From an uncultured Pelagibacteraceae bacterium (lineage in GTDB: Bacteria > Pseudomonadota > Alphaproteobacteria > Pelagibacterales > Pelagibacteraceae), in NCBI GenBank assembly GCA_902516435.1, contig CABXYF010000002.1, forward strand, positions 32,828 through 96,827: a stretch of 64,000 nucleotides of DNA. The letters are read 5' to 3'. The first letter of the stretch is position 1, and each line of letters starts with the position of its first letter. Shown here piece by piece: positions 56,378-64,000 of the stretch. Under the pieces are notes generated by a model, which was given only the letters and a program-made list of their open reading frames with translations, was not told where the DNA came from and did no database searches. The translations under genes and the position numbers were made by a program.

Positions 56378-57487
56378 CTAAACGAAGGGTAAATCGCAAA
56401 CTGTTCCTAAGTGTATTTTTTCATCAATTTCAATTCTAAATTGGTCCTTCATATTCCAATAGGGTTTATTTATCATTGCTATTCCAACTACTTTTTTAAA
56501 AGTTGGTGAATATGCAGCTGATCTCACATATCCTACTATATTCTTATTATCGTCAAATAGTGTTTTCTCACAATACATGTCAATTTTATTGTGATCAATT
56601 TTTACACCTCTTAATTTTCTTGAAATTCCCTCTTCATTTATGATCTTTAGTTTTGCTTTACCTAAGTAATTTACATCGGTATCTAAACTTATATATTTAT
56701 TGAAATTTGCTTCAAAGGGATTATCTCTATTATCAAAATCATTTCCATAAGATAAAAGTGCCCCCTCTATTCTCTCAATAAGATTTGGGCATCCTGGTTT
56801 TACATCGAACTCTTTTCCAGCTTCAAATAAGGAATCATATAAATTTTGGCCTGCTAAGTCGTCATCAACATATACTTCAAAACCACCTTGTTTAGACCAG
56901 CCTGATCTAGCGATAAAATATTTATGACCTTTAAATTCGTAATAATTAAAATTAAAAAATTTTAATTGTCTGATTTCATCACCAAACAATTTAGACATTA
57001 AATCATCTGCAAGAGGTCCTTGTACTGCTAAAATATTTACATTTGGTTCACTAATTTGAACATCAAATTTATTTCCAGCTGCAAGACCTTTGGCAAAAAA
57101 TATTACATCCGAATCAGCTATAGAAAGCCACCATTTATCCTCTGCTAATTTATTTATAATTGGATCGTTAACTAATAATCCATCGTCATCTATTATTGGT
57201 GCGTAATAGCATTTTCCAACTTTTGACATTGATAAATCTCTACAGGTCATAAGTTGAACTAATTTTGCAGAATCTTTTCCTGAGATTTGAACTTGCCTTT
57301 CAGCTGCAACATCCCAAACCTGAACAAATTTTTTTAAGTGGTGATAATCTGACTCTAGTGACTTAAAAGAAGCAGGAAGGAGCATATGATTGTAAACTGT
57401 ATAACTGCTAACACCATGTGCTTCTATCCTATCTGTGTAAGGTGTGCTTCTTAGTCTTCTAGATTTTGCTACAGGAAAATTTCTCAT
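56378..57487 (-). CDS. dmdA: Dimethylsulfoniopropionate demethylase (GcvT family)
   Basis: [38 protein letters not shown] and [13 protein letters not shown] are DmdA-like. 369 aa from ATG 57487; adjacent to dmdB/dmdC homologs. Confidence 0.92.
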   Translation of the reverse strand: MRNFPVAKSRRLRSTPYTDRIEAHGVSSYTVYNHMLLPASFKSLESDYHHLKKFVQVWDVAAERQVQISGKDSAKLVQLMTCRDLSMSKVGKCYYAPIIDDDGLLVNDPIINKLAEDKWWLSIADSDVIFFAKGLAAGNKFDVQISEPNVNILAVQGPLADDLMSKLFGDEIRQLKFFNFNYYEFKGHKYFIARSGWSKQGGFEVYVDDDLAGQNLYDSLFEAGKEFDVKPGCPNLIERIEGALLSYGNDFDNRDNPFEANFNKYISLDTDVNYLGKAKLKIINEEGISRKLRGVKIDHNKIDMYCEKTLFDDNKNIVGYVRSAAYSPTFKKVVGIAMINKPYWNMKDQFRIEIDEKIHLGTVCDLPFV

Positions 57488-57519
57488 TTTTTTAAAATTC
57501 AAAAACCTTTTCTCTTATT

Positions 57520-57550
57520 TCATATGATTTTGCAATAATAATCATATGAT
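57520..57550. promoter_or_regulatory. Candidate transcription-factor operator upstream of dmdA
   Basis: Perfect inverted repeat TCATATGATT-N10-AATCATATGA; each arm contains the palindrome TCATATGA. Confidence 0.6.
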
Positions 57551-57566
57551 CGTGACCTTGAATTAT

Positions 57567-59183
57567 CTAGAATTGTTTTCTTAATTCGAATTTTTGTATT
57601 TTTCCTGTTGATGTTTTTGGTAACTCGCAGAAAATAACTTTTTTGGGAACTTTAAACCCAGCTAATGTCTCTTTACAAAAATCAATTAATTCGTTTTCTG
57701 ATACAGGTTTGTCTTTAACCATTTCAATAAAAGCACATGGAACCTCGCCCCATTTCTCATCAGGTTTAGCAACTACAGCTGCTATTGAAACTGATGGATG
57801 TTTGGAAAGAGTATTTTCAATTTCTATTGACGAAATATTCTCTCCTCCAGAAATAATTATGTCTTTTGATCTATCTTGTATTTTTACATAACCATCAGGG
57901 TGCATTACTGCTAAGTCGCCACTATGAAACCAACCGTCTTTCATGGCTTTTTCTGTTGCATCCTTATCTTTAAAATACCCTTTCATTACTACATTTCCTC
58001 TTATCATGATTTCGCCGATTGTTTTTCCATCTTTTGGTACTTCTTTCATTGTCTCTGGATCTAAAACGGTAACTCCCTCAGTATTTGGATATCTTACACC
58101 TTGTCTTGCTTTAATCTCATTTAGCTTATCTTCATCAAAATCTTTCCACTCATCGTTCCATGCACATTGCGTAACATGTCCATAAGTTTCTGTTAAACCA
58201 TAAACATGCATTACCTCGAAACCCAGAGCTTTCATTTTTTTAAATATTACACTTGGTGGAGGTGCTCCTGCAGTTAATACATAAACTTTGTGTTTAAGTT
58301 TTTTACGATCAGTCTCTGGTGCACCTGTTATCATGTTCAAAACAATTGGTGCTCCTCCAAAATGTGTTACATCAAACTTATCAATAAGTTCAAAAATTTT
58401 TTTTACATCAATATTTCTTAGACATACTGTTCTTCCATTTAACATTGGGATTGTCCACGGATAACACCAACCATTACAATGAAACATTGGTACTATTGTT
58501 AAAAAGTTCAAACGATTTGGCATATTCCATGCAACAGAACTTCCAGTTGACATTAAATAAGCTCCTCTATGATGATAGACCACGCCTTTTGGGTTTCCAG
58601 TGGTACCTGAGGTATAACTTAAAGAGATTGATTGCCATTCATCATCTGGCATTTGCCAATCAAAATTCTCTTCACCAGTATTTAAGAAACTTTCATACTC
58701 TAGATCACCAATTTTTTCTAATTTTGATTGATCAGCATATTTATCGTTAATGTCAATAATAGTAATTTCTTTATCTAAATTTTTTAATGCCTTCCTAACC
58801 TCTATATGAAGCTGTCTATCTACTACTAAAACTTTTGCATCGCTATGATTTAAAATATAGGTAATAGTATTTGCATCTAGTCTAATGTTAATTGTATTCA
58901 ATACTGCACCTGTCATTGGTACTGAATAATGTGCCTCAAAAATTTCTGGTGTGTTAAATGCCAAGAAAGATACTGTATCGCCTTTTTGAATTCCAATTTT
59001 AGATAACGCACTAGCAAATTTAACTGATCTTTTATAGACTTCAGCCCAAGTATAGCTTCTATCTTCATAGACTATTGCTTCATAATTAGGATATATTTCA
59101 GTAGCTCTTTTTAAAAAAGTTAAGGGAGTAAGTGGGACGTAGTTTGCTTTATTTTTATCTAAATTGGTTTCGTAATGACTCAT
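57567..59183 (-). CDS. dmdB: Acyl-CoA ligase, probable 3-methylmercaptopropionate-CoA ligase
   Basis: YTSGTTGNPKG, PMFHCNGW, YGLTE and LPKTSTGK motifs; lies between dmdC and dmdA. Confidence 0.82.
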   Translation of the reverse strand: MSHYETNLDKNKANYVPLTPLTFLKRATEIYPNYEAIVYEDRSYTWAEVYKRSVKFASALSKIGIQKGDTVSFLAFNTPEIFEAHYSVPMTGAVLNTINIRLDANTITYILNHSDAKVLVVDRQLHIEVRKALKNLDKEITIIDINDKYADQSKLEKIGDLEYESFLNTGEENFDWQMPDDEWQSISLSYTSGTTGNPKGVVYHHRGAYLMSTGSSVAWNMPNRLNFLTIVPMFHCNGWCYPWTIPMLNGRTVCLRNIDVKKIFELIDKFDVTHFGGAPIVLNMITGAPETDRKKLKHKVYVLTAGAPPPSVIFKKMKALGFEVMHVYGLTETYGHVTQCAWNDEWKDFDEDKLNEIKARQGVRYPNTEGVTVLDPETMKEVPKDGKTIGEIMIRGNVVMKGYFKDKDATEKAMKDGWFHSGDLAVMHPDGYVKIQDRSKDIIISGGENISSIEIENTLSKHPSVSIAAVVAKPDEKWGEVPCAFIEMVKDKPVSENELIDFCKETLAGFKVPKKVIFCELPKTSTGKIQKFELRKQF

Positions 59184-59189
59184 AGAAAG

Positions 59190-60953
59190 TTAATTAAATT
59201 TAAAGTTCATAATATTTGAACTTCCAGATATCGCAGATTTATAGTGAAACTCTGCTCTAGGTAATACTTTTTCAAAATAAAATTTTGCTGTATTTATTTT
59301 GTCATCGTAAAATTTTTTGTTGTTATCATATTCATTGTAACTCACATCAAGTACTTTAATCCATGAATAAGCTAAAGATACAAACCCAAGTGTTTTAAGA
59401 TAATCATTTGCTGCAGCACTAACATCGTCTTTATCGTCTTTATGTCTTTCTTTAATCCAATCAGTAAATTTTGAGAGAATATCTAAGTAATAATTAAGTT
59501 CTTTTGAAAAAGTTTTTACTTTCCCATTTTTACTATCACACTCAGACTTAATCATTTCTAAAAATTTACCAATTATATCTCCATTTTTATTTATTAATTT
59601 TCTAAATACTAGATCAGCGGCTTGCACAGAATTCGTACCTTCATAAATAGGGGTTATTCTATTGTCACGATAAAATTGTTCTATTCCTTGATCTTTTGTA
59701 AATCCATAACCACCATGTATTTGCATTGCATCACTAGTAATTTCCATTGCTAAGTCAGTAAATAGTGACTTCACAACTGGTGTCATCAAAGAAACGTAGT
59801 CTGATGCCTCTTGTTTTATTTTTTCATCAGAATGATAAAGGCTTACCTCTGTTTGCTGAGACAACCAAAAACATAATGCTCTTTCACCCTCTATAATTGA
59901 TTTCATATTAAGCAAAGACTTCCTAATATCTGCATGCTCAATAATGAAGTCTGCACCATTGGTAGATTTAGAATTATTCGTCTTGCCTTGTTTTCTTTCT
60001 TTTGCATAAGAAAGTGAATTTTGATAAGCAATTTCTGATATACCCAGTCCTTGAATACCAACTACAATTCTTTCTAAGTTCATCATAGTAAACATTTGAC
60101 TTAAACCTTTATTTTTTGGGCCAATCATATATCCAACTGCTTCATCAAAATTTAAAACACATGTGGCTGAACCCTTAATACCCATTTTATGTTCCACTGA
60201 ACCTGCGGATACTCCATTTCTTGGTCCAATTGATCCATCTTCTTTAACAATATACTTTGGTACAAGAAATAAACTTATACCTTTAGTTCCAGCTGGCGAG
60301 TCTGAAGCTCTAGCTATAACTAAATGAATAATATTTTCTGTAAGATCGTGATCACCAGATGTTATAAATATTTTTTGTCCACTAATTTTAAAAGTTCCAT
60401 CTTTTTGTTCAACAGCCTTTGTTTTTAACATTCCTAAATCTGTTCCACAAACTGGTTCCGTTAAACACATTGTGCCACTCCATTTACCTTCAACCATTTT
60501 TGGAAGATATTTATCTTTCATTTCATCAGTTGCATGTCGCAAGAGACAATTGTAAGCACCAATAGTTAGTTCACTGTAAAGTTTAAACGAAAGTGATGTG
60601 GAAGATAACATTTCATCAAAAAATGCACTCACTGTTTTTGGCATACCTTGACCACCATATTTTGGATCACAAGATAATGAAATCCAACCGTCTTCTATAT
60701 ATTTGTTATATGCTTCTTTATACCCTGGGGGGGTTCTAACAACTCCATTTTCTAGTTGAGCAGGATGTTCGTCTCCAGATAATGCCAAAGGTAATATAAG
60801 ATTTTCACTAATTTTCGCTGCTTCCCCCAAAATATCTTTAACTAAATCTGAATTAACTTCGTTATATTTTTGTAATTCATTATAATTTTTATTATCTCTC
60901 AATTTATCAAAGAGAAACAACATATCATCTAGCGGTGCTGTATAATTTGGCAT
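59190..60953 (-). CDS. dmdC: Acyl-CoA dehydrogenase, probable MMPA-CoA dehydrogenase
   Basis: TMCLTEP, KIFITSG, QIHGGYG and IYEGTN motifs; long (~590 aa) DmdC-type; operon context. Confidence 0.82.
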   Translation of the reverse strand: MPNYTAPLDDMLFLFDKLRDNKNYNELQKYNEVNSDLVKDILGEAAKISENLILPLALSGDEHPAQLENGVVRTPPGYKEAYNKYIEDGWISLSCDPKYGGQGMPKTVSAFFDEMLSSTSLSFKLYSELTIGAYNCLLRHATDEMKDKYLPKMVEGKWSGTMCLTEPVCGTDLGMLKTKAVEQKDGTFKISGQKIFITSGDHDLTENIIHLVIARASDSPAGTKGISLFLVPKYIVKEDGSIGPRNGVSAGSVEHKMGIKGSATCVLNFDEAVGYMIGPKNKGLSQMFTMMNLERIVVGIQGLGISEIAYQNSLSYAKERKQGKTNNSKSTNGADFIIEHADIRKSLLNMKSIIEGERALCFWLSQQTEVSLYHSDEKIKQEASDYVSLMTPVVKSLFTDLAMEITSDAMQIHGGYGFTKDQGIEQFYRDNRITPIYEGTNSVQAADLVFRKLINKNGDIIGKFLEMIKSECDSKNGKVKTFSKELNYYLDILSKFTDWIKERHKDDKDDVSAAANDYLKTLGFVSLAYSWIKVLDVSYNEYDNNKKFYDDKINTAKFYFEKVLPRAEFHYKSAISGSSNIMNFKFN

Positions 60954-60959
60954 TTTTGA

Positions 60960-60988
60960 ACTTTAGAATAATTATAGATTTATTGCAA
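60960..60988 (-). promoter_or_regulatory. Putative dmdC promoter (leaderless; -35 inside the 3' end of leuB)
   Basis: TTGCAA-N17-TAAAGT, then 6 nt to the ATG. Confidence 0.55.
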
Positions 60989-62086
60989 TTTTGAAATTAT
61001 CGCATCACCCATTTGTGAAGTCGATACCTCTTTCATTCCCTCAGATAGTATATCCTTTGTTCTTAAACCATCATTTAATACTTCTTGCACAGCTTTTTCA
61101 AGATTATCAGCTTCATTATCAAGATCTAAAGAGTACCTAAGAGCCATAGCAAAACTTAATATTGTTGCAATTGGATTTGCCAATCCCTTGCCCGCAATAT
61201 CTGGTGCTGAACCATGAATTGGTTCATACATCGCCCTCATTTCTCCGTCTTTATTTTTTGCACCTAATGATGCTGAAGGTAATAATCCAAGTGATCCAGT
61301 TAACATTGATGCCTGATCTGAGAGCATGTCTCCGAAAAGATTATCTGTCACAATTACATCAAACTGTTTAGGGTTTCTAAGTAGTTGCATTGCACAATTA
61401 TCAGCAAGCATATGGCTTAACTCTACATCCTTAAACTCTTTATCATGAAGCTCTTGAACTTCTTCTTTCCAAAGTTGTCCTGCTTCCATTACATTTGATT
61501 TCTCACATGAAGTTAATTTGTTAGATCTTTTTCGGGCTAGATCAAATGCTACACGTGCAACTCTTGTTATTTCGCTTGTGGTATAAGTATGAGTGTTAAC
61601 TCCTTTTCTCTCACCATTTTCAATTGGCTTAATTCCTCTTGGTTCACCAAAATATATACCTCCTGTCAACTCTCTTACAATCATAAGGTCTAGACCAGAT
61701 ACAATTTCGGGCTTAAGTGTTGAGGCACTAACTAATTGCTCAAAACAGATAGCTGGTCTTAAATTTGCAAATAGTTTTAATTCTTTTCGTAGTTTTAATA
61801 GCGCTCTCTCTGGTTTTTTTGAGAATTCAACTTCATCCCATTTTGGCCCACCAACGGCACCTAACATAACAAGTTCGCTTTCTAAAGCTTTATAAAATAC
61901 CTCATCAGTAATTGGAGTTCCATGCTTATCGTATGAGCAACCACCTGCAAGATCCTCTTCGATTTCAAAGTCTAAAGATTTATTATCATTAAACCACTTA
62001 ATAATTTTTTTTACTTCACTAATTACTTCTGGGCCAATACCATCTCCAGGAAGTAAAAGAATTTTTCTTTTTTTTACTTTAATCAT
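60980..62086 (-). CDS. leuB: 3-isopropylmalate dehydrogenase
   Basis: [23 protein letters not shown] and [12 protein letters not shown] motifs. Confidence 0.97.
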   Translation of the reverse strand: MIKVKKRKILLLPGDGIGPEVISEVKKIIKWFNDNKSLDFEIEEDLAGGCSYDKHGTPITDEVFYKALESELVMLGAVGGPKWDEVEFSKKPERALLKLRKELKLFANLRPAICFEQLVSASTLKPEIVSGLDLMIVRELTGGIYFGEPRGIKPIENGERKGVNTHTYTTSEITRVARVAFDLARKRSNKLTSCEKSNVMEAGQLWKEEVQELHDKEFKDVELSHMLADNCAMQLLRNPKQFDVIVTDNLFGDMLSDQASMLTGSLGLLPSASLGAKNKDGEMRAMYEPIHGSAPDIAGKGLANPIATILSFAMALRYSLDLDNEADNLEKAVQEVLNDGLRTKDILSEGMKEVSTSQMGDAIISKLQ

Positions 62087-62684
62087 AGAATATCCATGGT
62101 TTTTGCTGTTTTAAATTTTTTTCAAATTTTTCAATTTTTTCTGATTTTTTTAATGATAAGGCGATGTCATCCAAACCTTCAAGTAAACACTTTTTTTTAA
62201 ATGGGTCTATTTCAAATTTAATCACATTATTACCATAAATAACTTTCTCCTCATTTAAATCGATAGATATATCCTCTTTTCTATTTGCATATTCTGAAAG
62301 TTCTTTTATTTTTTCTTCTTGAAGGATAATGGGCAAAATACCATTCTTAAAACAATTGCTATAAAAAATATCAGCATAACTAGAACTAATCACACAGGTA
62401 ATGCCAAAATCTAATAATGCCCAAGGTGCATGTTCTCTTGATGAACCACATCCAAAATTTTTACCAGCTATAAGAATTTTAGATTTATTATATGGAATTT
62501 TGTTAAGGATAAAATCATCAATTTCTTTTCCTTGCTCATCATATCTCATTTCAAAAAATAAGTTTTTTCCAAGACCAGTTCTTTTAATAGTTTTTAAAAA
62601 CTGCTTTGGTATAATCATGTCAGTATCAATATTAACTATCGGCAGATATGCAGGAATACTTTTTAATTTATTAAACTTCTGCAT
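62079..62684 (-). CDS. leuD: 3-isopropylmalate dehydratase small subunit
   Basis: [13 protein letters not shown] and [11 protein letters not shown] motifs. Confidence 0.98.
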   Translation of the reverse strand: MQKFNKLKSIPAYLPIVNIDTDMIIPKQFLKTIKRTGLGKNLFFEMRYDEQGKEIDDFILNKIPYNKSKILIAGKNFGCGSSREHAPWALLDFGITCVISSSYADIFYSNCFKNGILPIILQEEKIKELSEYANRKEDISIDLNEEKVIYGNNVIKFEIDPFKKKCLLEGLDDIALSLKKSEKIEKFEKNLKQQKPWIFYD

Positions 62685-64000
62685 TTAATTTTGATACTTT
62701 CTAACATCATCTAAGTTGCCTGAAATTGCTGCTGCAGCAGCCATTCCCGGGCTTACTAAGTGAGTTCTACCACCCCTACCTTGTCTTCCTTCAAAATTTC
62801 TGTTTGAAGTAGAGGCACATCTTTCTTCTGGCTTTAATTTATCTGCATTCATAGCTAAGCACATTGAACAACCAGGTTCTCTCCACTCAAATCCTGAATT
62901 TATAAATATCTTATCTAAACCTTCTTGCTCTGCTTGCTGTTTAACTAGTCCCGATCCCGGAACTACCATTGCGTTAACATGAGATGATATTTTTTTATCT
63001 TTTAGAATTTTTGCTGCTTCTCTTAAATCCTCAATTCTACCGTTCGTACAGCTTCCTATAAATACTTTATCAATCTTAATGTCTGTTGCTGACATATTAG
63101 GTTTTAATCCCATATATTTAAGTGATCTTTCAATCGAATTTTTTTTGTCTTCATCTGTTTCACTTTGTGGATTAGGAACTTTTCCATCAATTGTGATTAC
63201 ATCTTGTGGTGATGTTCCCCAAGTTATCATTGGTAAGATTTCAGCAGCATTTAGATTTATTTCCTTATCAAAATTTGCATCTTTGTCAGTTTTTAAACTA
63301 TTCCAGTAATTTACGGCTTTTTCCCAATTTTCACCCTTAGGCGACATTGGTTTACCTTTTAAGTAATCAAATATCTTTTCGTCTGGTGCAATGAGTCCTG
63401 CTCTAGCACCACCTTCGATTGTCATATTGCATATGGTCATTCTTTGCTCAACACTCAATGATCTAATTAAATCGCCTGCATACTCTATTACACAACCTGT
63501 GCCGCCAGCAGTTCCAATTTTTCCAATTATTTGAAGAATTACATCTTTTGAAGTGACACCTAATGGAAGTTTGCCATTAACATCTATTTTAAAATTTTTT
63601 GCTTTTTTTTGAACTAGTGTTTGAGTTGCTAAAACATGTTCAACCTCTGAAGTTCCAATTCCAAATGCTAAAGCTCCAAAAGCTCCATGAGTTGCAGTGT
63701 GGCTATCTCCACATACTATAACTGTGCCAGGTTGAGTAAAGCCTTGCTCTGGGCCTATGATGTGTACAATACCTTGTCGTCTATCATCCATTCCAAAAAG
63801 TTGGATGCCAAATTCTTTACAATTTGCATCTAAAGTATCTACTTGTATTTTTGACTCTTGATCAGCTATTCCCTTTGTCCTATCTGTAGTTGGAACATTA
63901 TGGTCTGCAACTGCTAGTGTTAAATTAGGATACCTTACTTTCCTATTTGAATTTCTTAATCCTTCAAATGCTTGTGGACTTGTCACCTCATGAACTAAAT
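62685..64000 (-). CDS. leuC: 3-isopropylmalate dehydratase large subunit (5' end outside the window)
   Basis: Frame open to the window edge ([11 protein letters not shown]); CGDSHT, GSCTN and CSMC motifs. Confidence 0.98.
   Translation of the reverse strand, partial: LVHEVTSPQAFEGLRNSNRKVRYPNLTLAVADHNVPTTDRTKGIADQESKIQVDTLDANCKEFGIQLFGMDDRRQGIVHIIGPEQGFTQPGTVIVCGDSHTATHGAFGALAFGIGTSEVEHVLATQTLVQKKAKNFKIDVNGKLPLGVTSKDVILQIIGKIGTAGGTGCVIEYAGDLIRSLSVEQRMTICNMTIEGGARAGLIAPDEKIFDYLKGKPMSPKGENWEKAVNYWNSLKTDKDANFDKEINLNAAEILPMITWGTSPQDVITIDGKVPNPQSETDEDKKNSIERSLKYMGLKPNMSATDIKIDKVFIGSCTNGRIEDLREAAKILKDKKISSHVNAMVVPGSGLVKQQAEQEGLDKIFINSGFEWREPGCSMCLAMNADKLKPEERCASTSNRNFEGRQGRGGRTHLVSPGMAAAAAISGNLDDVRKYQN

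Noticed and set aside
56378-57487. Annotation as glycine cleavage T protein (gcvT)
   Set aside because: No gcvH or gcvP is adjacent; DmdA-type motifs and dmdB/dmdC neighbours fit better.

Overview
This is a gene-dense, very AT-rich (roughly 30% GC by eye) alphaproteobacterial chromosome segment. Gene content, order and compaction point to a SAR11/Pelagibacterales genome (inference). It is mostly core genome: chvI-chvG-ahcY-tsaE-amgK-murU, polA, bioY, regA, rpmB, pyrD, class I lysS, trkH-ampG-nlpC, hisC-tyrA, metXW under a SAM-II riboswitch, rplU-rpmA-obgE-proBA-nadD-rsfS-ctpA-rppH, and a ~29 kb minus-strand run leuCDB-dmdCBA-asd-sdhCDAB-mmsA-mdh-sucCDAB-lpdA-priA-atpHAGDC. I saw no tRNA, rRNA, CRISPR array or mobile element. 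Four things stand out. (1) Both heme-b axial histidines of the complex II anchors appear substituted (SdhC His->Gln, SdhD His->Phe) while the quinone-site residues are kept, suggesting a heme-free succinate dehydrogenase. (2) A five-gene polyamine operon combines an ODC-fold decarboxylase, a deoxyhypusine-synthase-like enzyme, a PhzF-like isomerase, AguB and AguA behind a structured leader. (3) The SAM-II riboswitch lacks a Shine-Dalgarno and has a switch strand that can pair with either the aptamer or the metX start codon. (4) A double-palindrome operator lies in front of dmdA. All calls come from motif recognition by eye; no searches or folding computations were run.
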